A program made the position numbers and the translations under genes. Below, piece by piece: positions 19,026 through 27,975 of a DNA stretch of 64,000 nucleotides; the stretch's first letter is position 1; each line of letters begins with the position of its first letter. The notes under the pieces are model-generated. The model saw only the letters and a program-made list of their open reading frames with translations. It did no database searches and had not been told where the DNA came from. Source of the DNA: Candidatus Aminicenantes bacterium (GTDB lineage: Bacteria > Acidobacteriota > Aminicenantia > Aminicenantales > Aminicenantaceae); the NCBI GenBank assembly GCA_011772495.1, contig WVZL01000048.1, forward strand, positions 24,465-88,464, written 5' to 3'.

Positions 19026-19946
19026 TCAATTGGTTACTGCTTGGCCTTGAAAGCAGACCTTGTTCCTCGTCAGCTTTTTCGCTTTAAACATCATCCGGTC
19101 AGCAAGGGTGAGGAGAGCTTCGGTGGAGAATCCATCTTCTGGGAAGCTCGCCAGGCCTATACTTATGGTGAAGCGGCTTCTCGAGATTTTTTCTAGGCCT
19201 TCAAATTTTTCTTCCTTGACAACCGACTGAATTCTCTTGGCAAGATAAATAGCGTCTTTCTTTGAGGTTTCGGGCAAAAGGACCAAAAATTCATCGCCTC
19301 CGTAGCGGTACACTGAATCCAGGATTCTCGAAGATTTCATCAACAGATGGGCAAATTTTTTAAGAAAAGAGTCTCCGGCCGGGTGGCCAATCTTGTCGTT
19401 GTATTCTTTGAAATTGTCTATGTCTATCATCATCAGGGAAAAAGGACGGGAGACTCGCTTGGAGCGTTCTATTTCCCGGGCCAGCATCAAATCGAGGTAT
19501 CTTCTGTTGTAGACTCTGGTCAAGTGGTCCAGGATAGACAATTCTTTATAAATTTCTTTTTTCTTGAGTAACTGCTGATGACCGACTGCCCTTTTGAGGA
19601 CTAAGTTGAGCTGCTTTTCGTCAACGGGCTTGGTGATGAAGTCATAGGCGATGTCTTTTAGCTGTTCCATTTTTTTTGATAGGTCGGCTGAGCTGGCAAT
19701 GATAATGACGTATATCTTAGGGAAAATCTTATTGGCTTTCTTGATGAAATTTAATCCCTCCATATCCTTAAGCTTCAGAGCCGAGATCAGGATATCGGCC
19801 TGGACTTGTTTTAATTTTGCCAGGGCTTCCTTACCAGAGTTGAAAGTCCAAACCCAGTATTTCTTGCTCAGGTAGACACCGATCCTGTGGCAGGTAGGTT
19901 CATCTTTATCGACGATGAGTATTCCTAAATTGCTGTATAAATTCAT
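19026..19946 (-). CDS. Diguanylate cyclase with N-terminal (atypical) receiver domain
   Basis: REC-like N-terminus; DHLTRVYNRRY, DIDNFKEYND, RILD I-site and YGGDEF. Confidence 0.9.
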   Translation of the reverse strand: MNLYSNLGILIVDKDEPTCHRIGVYLSKKYWVWTFNSGKEALAKLKQVQADILISALKLKDMEGLNFIKKANKIFPKIYVIIIASSADLSKKMEQLKDIAYDFITKPVDEKQLNLVLKRAVGHQQLLKKKEIYKELSILDHLTRVYNRRYLDLMLAREIERSKRVSRPFSLMMIDIDNFKEYNDKIGHPAGDSFLKKFAHLLMKSSRILDSVYRYGGDEFLVLLPETSKKDAIYLAKRIQSVVKEEKFEGLEKISRSRFTISIGLASFPEDGFSTEALLTLADRMMFKAKKLTRNKVCFQGQAVTN

Positions 19947-20079
19947 TTCTTTTTAAAGAAAGCCCTCTCCTGTGTTTTGCGATTTTCTTAATTTCTTTAA
20001 TCTACATAAATAACCTTAACAGAATTTATTTGGCTAGTCAATCAGAGGAAAAGAGTAGGGAATTGAGTGAAGAGGGAAG

Positions 20080-20152
20080 TGGCGAGGGACGGAATCGAAC
20101 CGCCGACGCAGAGATTTTCAGTCTCTCGCTCTACCGACTGAGCTACCTCGCC
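20080..20152 (-). tRNA. tRNA-Phe(GAA), CCA not encoded
   Basis: Minus strand GGCGAGGTAGCTCAGTCGGTAGAGCGAGAGACTGAAAATCTCTGCGTCGGCGGTTCGATTCCGTCCCTCGCCA folds as a cloverleaf with GAA anticodon and TTCGA T-loop. Confidence 0.97.
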
Positions 20153-20215
20153 GTGGGATTTCTAATTATCAAAATAAAGAATTCATGTCAAGAAAATAGT
20201 CTTTTAAAAAGAGAT

Positions 20216-20292
20216 GGGGACGGTTCTATTTTTTAGAATAGAAAGCCAAACACCTTGAGACATAAGTAAGAAAAAAAAATAGAACCGTCCCC
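20216..20292. repeat. REP/MITE-like element: 19-bp perfect inverted repeats GGGGACGGTTCTATTTTTT, 39-nt spacer
   Basis: Arms at 20216-20234 and 20274-20292; the same arms recur at 37127-37206 and 58815-58892. Confidence 0.9.
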
Positions 20293-20387
20293 TATCTATC
20301 CTCTATCTACTATAGAACGATACCTGATTCTTCTTGAGTTCAGGTATCCAGGCTTGACCTCTATCCATAGATGAATAGGCTTCTCCT

Positions 20388-20432
20388 AGACAAACCAGAT
20401 AACCTAGAAAAACTAGACAAACTAGACAAACT
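20388..20432. repeat. Tandem 9-bp repeat, 5 units, same family as 9566-9637
   Basis: agacaaacc agataacct agaaaaact agacaaact agacaaact. Confidence 0.85.
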
Positions 20433-20478
20433 AGCCTGTCTTGACTAATCTCAAGACTCATGCTACCGTCATTCCTAG

Positions 20479-21465
20479 ATGAAGATTGCTGCCCTGCTTC
20501 CTCATCTTGAAGTTTTTGGAGGGGTGAGGCGGTACCTCGAAATCGGGAACGAACTCCAAAGAAGAGGACATCATTTTACCCTTTTCCATCCCGATGGAGG
20601 CAGGCCGGATTGGTTTGACTATATGGGAGCAACAAAACCTCTTCTTTCCTTAGCAGAAGCGAGTTTTGACGTCGGACTCTGCAGTGAGTATTCTCTTCTT
20701 CCTCATTTCGAGAAATTAAGAAGTAAGCTGAAATTCTTTTATTTCATCTTGGAAGGGCATAGGAAAGAAAAGGAGGTCATCAAGAAAGACTATATATTCC
20801 TCGGGAATTCCGGAGAGATATGTCGTCTCTTAGAGAGAAAGTATCATGTCCCCTGTTTGAGAGTTGTAGGCGGGGTGAATCCTGAGATTTTTTATCCTTC
20901 GGGGGAGGAAAAAAAGAGCGATGAATTCAGAATACTCTGCTATGGCCGACTCTACAGGAAGAGAAAGGGAATACAAAAGGTTATTAAGGCTGTCGAAGGA
21001 CTCTACAAAAAACATCCGCAGCTCAGGTTGATTTTTTTCGACACCCTGGTAGGGAAAGACAAACGAGACCCACGACCATTGGTCAAAACCCGGGTGCCCC
21101 ATGACTTTTATCTGAACCTGCCTCAGGATAGAATGGCCTGGCTTTATTCCCAAGCAGATATTTTTGTGAGTGCTGAGCGAAGGGCTGGCTGGTCGAACAC
21201 GACAGCTGAAGCCATGGCCTGTAAGCTGCCTGTTGTCTGTTCCAAGAGCGGAACCCAAGATTTTGCTCTCCACAATGAAACTGCCCTGGTGATTCCTTTT
21301 GCGCATCCCTGGGTGTTGCGAGGGCAAATCAGAAGGCTGATCGATGACGAAAAGCTGCGCCATTACCTGAGCCAGGCAGGTTACGAGAAGATACAGGAGT
21401 TTACCTGGGCTTCTCTGGTAGATAAGCTGGAGACTGTTTTTAAGGAAAGGCTGAAATTGAAATAG
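20479..21465 (+). CDS. Glycosyltransferase family 4 (GT-B)
   Basis: FGGVRRY N-terminus; ADIFVSAE...WSNTTAEAMACKLPVV signature. Confidence 0.85.
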   Translation: MKIAALLPHLEVFGGVRRYLEIGNELQRRGHHFTLFHPDGGRPDWFDYMGATKPLLSLAEASFDVGLCSEYSLLPHFEKLRSKLKFFYFILEGHRKEKEVIKKDYIFLGNSGEICRLLERKYHVPCLRVVGGVNPEIFYPSGEEKKSDEFRILCYGRLYRKRKGIQKVIKAVEGLYKKHPQLRLIFFDTLVGKDKRDPRPLVKTRVPHDFYLNLPQDRMAWLYSQADIFVSAERRAGWSNTTAEAMACKLPVVCSKSGTQDFALHNETALVIPFAHPWVLRGQIRRLIDDEKLRHYLSQAGYEKIQEFTWASLVDKLETVFKERLKLK

Positions 21466-21506
21466 GAAATTCAATGTGATATTCTAAAGCCCGAACGGAG
21501 GAAAGT

Positions 21507-21731
21507 TTGACCCAAGAGAAAGAATTAAGAGAAATCATGCTGAAAGAGAGCCAAGAGTTCAAGAAACTTCATCTCCAGCACCAAAAATTAGAGAAGGAGC
21601 TTGAGAAATACAAAGAAAAGAGTTTCTTGACTGAGGGCGAAAAGCTCAAGGAGAGAGAGTTGAAGAAGAGGAAACTGGCTTTAAAAGACAGGATGTACTT
21701 TTTAATGAGAGAATACAGGAAATCACATTAA
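21507..21731 (+). CDS. DUF465/YdcH-family small coiled-coil protein
   Basis: EFKKLHLQHQKLE...ELKKRKLALKDRM; TTG start with GGAGG RBS. Confidence 0.8.
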   Translation: MTQEKELREIMLKESQEFKKLHLQHQKLEKELEKYKEKSFLTEGEKLKERELKKRKLALKDRMYFLMREYRKSH

Positions 21732-21759
21732 TGGCTTAACAACAGGAGAGAGATGAACA

Positions 21760-22773
21760 ATGAAGAAATTCAAGCTGGCTATCATTGGAACTGATTCCCT
21801 CCGTAGCAAAGAGATTCAATCTATCCTAGGCCAGGAAAGAATCCCTGTAGAGGAAGTTGATTTTTTTGATCCAGACGTTAAAGAGGAATACAGCAAATTG
21901 ACCCAATTTCAGGGTAAAGCTAAGGTCGTCCATCATTTAGAAAGTGATTCCCTCCATGAGGCAGATTTAGTTTTTTTAGCGGCTGATAAGGAAGTGAATC
22001 GAGAGGTTGGAACTCTGGCGAAAAAAAAGAAATTCCAGGCCATCGATTTGAGCGAAACTTTCAATGCCGAAGAGGAGATTCCTGTGGTTGTAGCCGGAGT
22101 TAACGATGGAATTATCCTAAAGAAGAGGCCTCCCCTCATTGCGAATCCTCACCCGGTTACGGTTATCCTTTCTCCCCTTTTCCATTCGGTTATCCAGAAA
22201 TTCGGACTTTTAAAAGCTGTGGCTTTCATCCTTCAGCCGGCCTCTGCTTTTGAGAATGCAGGCATCGGTGAGCTCATAGATCAGAGTTTGGCCTTGTTGA
22301 ACAGTTCCACCATGTCCAAGAAAGTCTTCAGGGAACAGGTTGCTTTTAATCTTCTCTCCCACACAGAAAAGCCAGAAAAAGATGGGTTCTCTCCGGCTGA
22401 AAAGCAAATCGTCAAGGAAATAAAGCGAGTTCTCGGAGACGATGAGTTTCCGCTCAGTTTGTCGCTGATCCAAGCTCCAGTGTTCCATACCTATTCCATA
22501 ATGACTTTTTTAGAGACAAAGAAAAAGACCAGCCTTCAGGGCTTAAAGGACTTATTCAAAGAGAGCGCGTTTTTTAAGCTTTATCCCCCGAGTATTTCCT
22601 GTCCTGTTTCCTCTGTCTCTGTGGCGGGCAAGAAGAAAATATGTATCGGGCAGATTAAGAAAGAAGAGTCTTTCCCTTCCAGCTTCTGGATCTGGACCGT
22701 GGCCGATAATTTGACTCGAGGTTCAGCTTTGAATGCTTTTGAGATCGCGAAAAAAATCATTTCTGCAGCATAG
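21760..22773 (+). CDS. Aspartate-semialdehyde dehydrogenase-like protein (Usg-like), catalytic residues absent
   Basis: Overall Asd layout (IPVVVAGVN, VAFNL, WTVADNLTRGSALNA) but ANPHPVT replaces ANPNCST. Confidence 0.75.
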   Translation: MKKFKLAIIGTDSLRSKEIQSILGQERIPVEEVDFFDPDVKEEYSKLTQFQGKAKVVHHLESDSLHEADLVFLAADKEVNREVGTLAKKKKFQAIDLSETFNAEEEIPVVVAGVNDGIILKKRPPLIANPHPVTVILSPLFHSVIQKFGLLKAVAFILQPASAFENAGIGELIDQSLALLNSSTMSKKVFREQVAFNLLSHTEKPEKDGFSPAEKQIVKEIKRVLGDDEFPLSLSLIQAPVFHTYSIMTFLETKKKTSLQGLKDLFKESAFFKLYPPSISCPVSSVSVAGKKKICIGQIKKEESFPSSFWIWTVADNLTRGSALNAFEIAKKIISAA

Positions 22774-22776
22774 AGA

Positions 22777-24579
22777 ATGAAAGAGATCTTCCAGCTTTTT
22801 AAACTCACTCTTAGAGAAAAAAGGAGGCTTTTTCTCACCTTTTTCTGCACCACCTTTGTAGCCTTTTTTACCTATGTTTTCGTAAACTTGATTCAGCCCA
22901 TCATGGATGATATGTTCCAGTTGGCTCCTCAAGACATGCCCCAAAAGACTCGTTTAATGGATTTTGTGTTTCAAAACCTCAACATTACTAAAGAACAACT
23001 GGCCGTTGCTCTTCCCCTTATCTTGTTGGTCGTTATTTTCGGGAAGGGATTTTTTACCTTCCTCTCTTCGTTTTTCATGAGGTCTATCGGCCACAAGATC
23101 GTGAAGAAAATAAGAGACGATCTCTACGAACGCCTCATCTATCAGTCTGCTGATTTTTATGACTCTATTCCCACTGGAGAACTCATGTCTCGTCTTACGA
23201 GCGATGTGGATAAGATACAGGAGGCGGTCTCGGGGAGCATGGGAGATTTTATTCGAGAGCTGTTCACTCTATTTGCCCTGTTCATCGCCATATTCTTTAT
23301 TGACTGGCGCTTGGCTCTGGCCTCTTTTATCATTGCTCCCTTGGCTCTTGTTCCCTTGATGGCCTTCAGTCGCCAGCTCAAGAAGAAGGGCCTGCTGAAT
23401 CAGATCAAGATGGCGAAAATCTTCAACCTCCTCCATGAGACAATCACCGGGAATAAAATTGTCAAAGCCTTCACCATGGAGAAGTTCGAGATAAAGAAAT
23501 TTTTCAAAGCAACTCTCAGCTACTTCAAGACCTCCTTGAAATTAGCCTGGATAGGAAGCTTATCCTCTCCATTCATGGAATTCATGGGAGGGATCTTGGG
23601 TGCCTTCATCCTGGTGGTCGGGACAAAAAGGATAGCGCAGGGGCATATCAGTGCTGGTGATTTCGGTTCCTTCTTGATGGCCATTTTCTTGATGTACAAT
23701 CCGATCAAAAGGTTAAGCCGGGCCAATAACCGCATCCAACAGGGGGTGGCGTGTTACGAAAGAATCCAGGAGCTGATGGGAAGGGAATCCCAAATAAAAG
23801 ACCATCCTAAATCCTATCCTCTTCCTGCCATCAAGGGGGCCGTTAAATTCGAGAATGTTTATTTCAGCTACAACGAGTCACGGCCAGTGCTTTATGATGT
23901 GAACTTTGAAGTCAAGCCGGGCGAGACCATTGCCCTGGTTGGTCTGAGTGGAGCCGGGAAGACCACGATCATCAATCTTCTATCCCGATTCTACGAATCG
24001 ACTTCGGGAAGGATCACTATCGACGGAATCGATATTCGTGAGGTCACCCTTGTTTCTCTGCGCTCCAGGATTGGTCTTGTCACTCAAGACCTGATACTTT
24101 TCAATGACTCAGTTAAGAATAACATCTCTTATGGTCATGAGGATTTATCCCTAGATAAGGTCATCGAAGCCGCCAAGGCGGCTAAAGCAGATGATTTCAT
24201 TATGGGATTCCCCAAAGGATATGAAACTCAGATCGGGGAAAAGGGAAAGTTGCTTTCCAGTGGCCAGAGGCAAAGGCTGGCCATTGCCAGAGCTATCCTC
24301 AAAGACCCTCCCATTCTTATTCTTGACGAGGCCACTTCTGCGCTAGATTCTGAATCAGAAAGACTGATTCAGTTGGCTCTAAAGAACCTGATGAAGGACC
24401 GGACCACTTTCGTCATCGCTCACCGTTTATCAACTATAATGAAAGCGGATCGGATACTCGTGATTGATAGAGGGCGAGTTGTTGAAAGTGGAAATCATAA
24501 GGAACTCTGCAAGAAAGATGGTATTTATAAGAAATTGTATGAACTGCAATTTCCAGAAGAAAAGGAAATCGAACCTTGA
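22777..24579 (+). CDS. MsbA-like ABC exporter (fused TMD and NBD)
   Basis: GLSGAGKT, LSSGQRQRLAIARA, LILDEATSALDSESE, IAHRLST. Confidence 0.9.
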   Translation: MKEIFQLFKLTLREKRRLFLTFFCTTFVAFFTYVFVNLIQPIMDDMFQLAPQDMPQKTRLMDFVFQNLNITKEQLAVALPLILLVVIFGKGFFTFLSSFFMRSIGHKIVKKIRDDLYERLIYQSADFYDSIPTGELMSRLTSDVDKIQEAVSGSMGDFIRELFTLFALFIAIFFIDWRLALASFIIAPLALVPLMAFSRQLKKKGLLNQIKMAKIFNLLHETITGNKIVKAFTMEKFEIKKFFKATLSYFKTSLKLAWIGSLSSPFMEFMGGILGAFILVVGTKRIAQGHISAGDFGSFLMAIFLMYNPIKRLSRANNRIQQGVACYERIQELMGRESQIKDHPKSYPLPAIKGAVKFENVYFSYNESRPVLYDVNFEVKPGETIALVGLSGAGKTTIINLLSRFYESTSGRITIDGIDIREVTLVSLRSRIGLVTQDLILFNDSVKNNISYGHEDLSLDKVIEAAKAAKADDFIMGFPKGYETQIGEKGKLLSSGQRQRLAIARAILKDPPILILDEATSALDSESERLIQLALKNLMKDRTTFVIAHRLSTIMKADRILVIDRGRVVESGNHKELCKKDGIYKKLYELQFPEEKEIEP

Positions 24580-25454
24580 TGCAAAGTATGACTGGCTTCA
24601 GCGAAAAGAGGTTTAGTTCCAAGGCTTTCTCGGCTAAAGTGAGCATCAGGAGTTTGAACCATCGTTATTTAGACTGGAATTACAATGGTTCCAGGATTGG
24701 AGAAGTGGAAAATCGGCTAAGGAGCATTTGTCAAGAGAAGGTTCACCGAGGAAGGATTGATGTCTATCTCGAACTGAAATTTTTAGATCAATCGAGCTGG
24801 AATATCGACATCAACGAGAATTTACTCGAAAAGCTCTTCTTTTCTCTGGAAAGATCTTTATCGAAATTGAGCAAGCCGCTGAATTTTTCGGTGGAAAATC
24901 TTTTTAAAATTCCCCAGGTCATAGAGATCAGGAGGAAAGATTTTACTAAAGAGGAGATAGCCTTCCTGGAAAAGAGCTTTGTGAGGACACTAGAGGAGGT
25001 GCTTCAACAGCGGAAAAGAGAAGGGCAAGAGGTAGGGAAAATCATCAAAGACAATGTCTTAAAAATAAAACAGGCTGTGAAGAGAATCGAAAAACTGGCC
25101 CAGAAACAGCCTCTTCTCATCAAGAACAAATTGAGGCAGCGCTTGAAAGAGTTGACGAAAGATGCTCCTCTTTTGGAAGAAAAACTGGCTGAAGAGGCTG
25201 CCTATTATGCTCAAAAGTACGATATAACGGAAGAGATATCTAGACTTAAAAGTCATTTGAACTATACTGAGCAGCTTCTCTCGTCTCCAAAGCCAGAACC
25301 GAAAGGAAGGAAGTTGGAGTTCATCGCCCAGGAGATTTACAGAGAAACCAATACCATAGGCTCAAAATCTCAGGATACAGGAATAACTCAAGAGGCGCTG
25401 ACGATTAAGGGAGAACTGGAGAGTATTCGGCAACAGATTCAGAACATAGAATAG
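24576..25454 (+). CDS. yicC: YicC/YloC family protein (endoribonuclease family)
   Basis: SMTGF, SLNHRYLD, RGRID, DITEEISRL, GRKLEFIAQE..RETNTIGSK; upstream of gmk. Confidence 0.88.
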   Translation: MMQSMTGFSEKRFSSKAFSAKVSIRSLNHRYLDWNYNGSRIGEVENRLRSICQEKVHRGRIDVYLELKFLDQSSWNIDINENLLEKLFFSLERSLSKLSKPLNFSVENLFKIPQVIEIRRKDFTKEEIAFLEKSFVRTLEEVLQQRKREGQEVGKIIKDNVLKIKQAVKRIEKLAQKQPLLIKNKLRQRLKELTKDAPLLEEKLAEEAAYYAQKYDITEEISRLKSHLNYTEQLLSSPKPEPKGRKLEFIAQEIYRETNTIGSKSQDTGITQEALTIKGELESIRQQIQNIE

Positions 25455-25500
25455 AAAACAAAGGAATATTGAGAAAAAGTTTCTTAAAAAGAGGAAAGAA

Positions 25501-26103
25501 ATGCTCTTTGTGATCAGCGGACCGTCTGGGGCAGGCAAATCGACTCTTTGTCGCCGTGTCTTGGATAATCTGGAAGGCCTGGAGTTTTCTGTCTCCCATA
25601 CCACTCGAAAAAAAAGAAGAGGAGAAGTCGAGGGCAAGGACTACTATTTTGTTTCCCAGGAGGAATTCAAGAGTTTGATTAAAGCGAACCGATTGGCTGA
25701 GTGGGCGGTTGTACACGAGCACTATTACGGTACCTCAAAGAGAGAGATTGAAAAGAAGGGGGCTGAAGGAGATCTTCTTCTAGACATCGATATCCAAGGA
25801 GCCCAACAGATAAAGGAAAAGTACAAAAAAGCTGTTTTTATCTTTATTATGCCTCCTCAGTTTCGAGACTTGAAAAGGAGACTTAAAACTCGAGGTCAAG
25901 AGAGTTCGGTTTCGGTCCAGAAGAGGCTCGAGATGGCCCGCAAAGAAATCAGGCATTATCACCAGTTTGACTATGTGGTTATAAATGATGAGTTGAAAAA
26001 GGCAGCCCAGGAACTGGAATCGATCCTAAGAGCGACCAGATGCAGCCTCGATTCTCGCAAGATGGAAATAGTGTCTATCCTGCGAAGTTTCAGCGGGAGT
26101 TAG
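25501..26103 (+). CDS. gmk: Guanylate kinase
   Basis: GPSGAGKST, SHTTRKKRRGEVEGKDYYF, YYGT, LDIDIQG. Confidence 0.95.
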   Translation: MLFVISGPSGAGKSTLCRRVLDNLEGLEFSVSHTTRKKRRGEVEGKDYYFVSQEEFKSLIKANRLAEWAVVHEHYYGTSKREIEKKGAEGDLLLDIDIQGAQQIKEKYKKAVFIFIMPPQFRDLKRRLKTRGQESSVSVQKRLEMARKEIRHYHQFDYVVINDELKKAAQELESILRATRCSLDSRKMEIVSILRSFSGS

Positions 26104-26114
26104 GGGAGGCTAGA

Positions 26115-27302
26115 GTGACCAAGATTGCTCTGGGAGTATCTTCTTCCATAAGCATTTATAAAGCCTGCGAGATCGTTCGCCGTTTTCAAGAAAAAAAGTT
26201 CAAGGTCCAGGTGATCATGACCAAAAATGCAACTCAATTCATTTCTCCACTTCTTTTTAGCGCTCTCTCAGGACAGGAAGTTGTCGTCGACCCCTTTGAG
26301 AAAGCACTCTCCAAAACCATAGCTCATGTTTCTCTAGCCCAAGAAATATCCCTGCTGTGTGTTGCCCCAGCCACAGCTAACATCATAGGCAAGTTTAGCT
26401 CTGGAGTCGCGGATGATTTTCTTTCAACTTTTTTCCAGACGGTGAAATGCCCGGTACTCATCGCCCCAGCCATGAATGAAGCCATGTATTTTCATCATCC
26501 TACCCAGACAAATATCCAGAGACTCAAAGCTATGGGGGTGAAGTTTGTTGAACCTGAAGAAGGGTACCTTGCCTGCCAAGAAGAGGGTTGGGGGAGATTG
26601 GCCGCTCCCGAGAAGATCGTTGAAGAAGGATTGAAATTAATCAAGATAAGCAAGAGTCTAAAAGGAAAGTCTGTCCTGATCACTGCTGGACCTACTCGAG
26701 AGTATCTGGATCCAGTCCGCTTTGTCAGCAATAGGTCTTCAGGGAAGATGGGCTATGAGCTGGCTGCAGAAGGCCTCAGCCGAGGGGCCGAGGTCATTCT
26801 TGTTTCCGGACCCACCCAAATCATGCCTCCAGTGGACGCGGAGTTGAGGAAAGTTCAGACCGCTGAGGAAATGGAGAAGGAAGTCCAAGCCTGCTTTCCT
26901 AGAGTGGATGTGGTCATCATGGCTGCAGCTGTCTCAGATTTTAGGTTCCCGAACGTATCTTCCCAAAAAATCAAGAAGAGAGAATTAAAAAGCGTGATAG
27001 AATTTGTGTCGACGCCTGATATTTTAGGAAAATTGAGCCAGAAGAAAGCTGGCCAAGTTCTGGTCGGGTTTGCTGCCGAGACAGACAACATCCTCAAGAA
27101 TGCTAAAGAAAAAATGAGGGAGAAGCATCTTGATTTGATGGTGGCCAATGATGTGAAGCAGAGAGATATAGGTTTTGATTCTGATTATAACCGAGTGAGC
27201 ATCATTGATTCCCACGGAAAAGTCTTAAAAACTGAAAAGATGAGCAAAAGGGAGATCAGCCAAATTATTTTTGATAAGATTGAGGGCCTCGTTGGGAAAT
27301 AA
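26115..27302 (+). CDS. coaBC: Bifunctional phosphopantothenoylcysteine decarboxylase/synthetase
   Basis: GTG start at 26115 after GGGAGG; APATANIIGK, PAMN, TAGPTRE..DPVRFVSNRSSGKMG, GFAAET. Confidence 0.95.
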   Translation: MTKIALGVSSSISIYKACEIVRRFQEKKFKVQVIMTKNATQFISPLLFSALSGQEVVVDPFEKALSKTIAHVSLAQEISLLCVAPATANIIGKFSSGVADDFLSTFFQTVKCPVLIAPAMNEAMYFHHPTQTNIQRLKAMGVKFVEPEEGYLACQEEGWGRLAAPEKIVEEGLKLIKISKSLKGKSVLITAGPTREYLDPVRFVSNRSSGKMGYELAAEGLSRGAEVILVSGPTQIMPPVDAELRKVQTAEEMEKEVQACFPRVDVVIMAAAVSDFRFPNVSSQKIKKRELKSVIEFVSTPDILGKLSQKKAGQVLVGFAAETDNILKNAKEKMREKHLDLMVANDVKQRDIGFDSDYNRVSIIDSHGKVLKTEKMSKREISQIIFDKIEGLVGK

Positions 27303-27975
27303 AATCGATAAAATCTTCTCCGATCTTGAAGAGAGGATGAAGTATTTTTCTCAATTGGGGGTAGAGTATCTCTCCTCGCCGGTGTCATCATCTGCATCTT
27401 CGACTATCCCGAAAAGCCCTTCTTTTCTTTCGCTGAGAAAGGATATCCTGTATTGTCAGAGATGTTCCCTGTCTCAAGAGAGAAAGAATGCTGTTCCTGG
27501 AGAAGGAAACCAGGAAGCCGAACTCATGTTTGTCGGTGAGGCACCAGGCCATGATGAGGATGTTCAAGGCCAGCCTTTTGTGGGAAGAGCAGGACAGCTG
27601 CTTACAAAAATCATCAACGCTATGGACTATCAGAGACAGGATGTTTTCATCACCAATGTTATCAAATGCAGACCCCCGCAGAACAGGACTCCTTACAAGA
27701 AGGAGATTGAGCAGTGCGCGCCTTACTTGTTGAAGCAGATCCAGATGATTGATCCCCGGGTCATCGTGGCCTTAGGAAAAGTCGCGGCTGATTTCTTTAT
27801 CGATAGCGATTTGAGCATGAGTCTTTTAAGAGGAAATTTTTACGAATTCCAAAAAGTTCGCATCATGCCGACCTTTCACCCCTCCTACCTTATCAGGAAT
27901 GAAGGAAACAGGGAAATCAAAAAGATGGTCTGGGAGGACATGAAAAAAGTGTTGGCCGTCCTGGGCAAAAAATGA
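27271..27975 (+). CDS. Uracil-DNA glycosylase family 4
   Basis: CQRC, GEAPG..EDVQGQPFVGRAG, KCRPPQNRTP, TFHPSY; start uncertain. Confidence 0.92.
   Translation: MIRLRASLGNKIDKIFSDLEERMKYFSQLGVEYLSSPVSSSASSTIPKSPSFLSLRKDILYCQRCSLSQERKNAVPGEGNQEAELMFVGEAPGHDEDVQGQPFVGRAGQLLTKIINAMDYQRQDVFITNVIKCRPPQNRTPYKKEIEQCAPYLLKQIQMIDPRVIVALGKVAADFFIDSDLSMSLLRGNFYEFQKVRIMPTFHPSYLIRNEGNREIKKMVWEDMKKVLAVLGKK

Noticed and set aside
19026-20152. Possible island integrated at tRNA-Phe
   Set aside because: No integrase, no duplicated tRNA 3' end, and neighbouring genes are housekeeping.
20030-20236. 68-aa ORF on the plus strand
   Set aside because: It is the antisense reading of tRNA-Phe (EGRNRTADAEIFSLSLYRLSY is the typical reverse-tRNA translation) plus repeat sequence.
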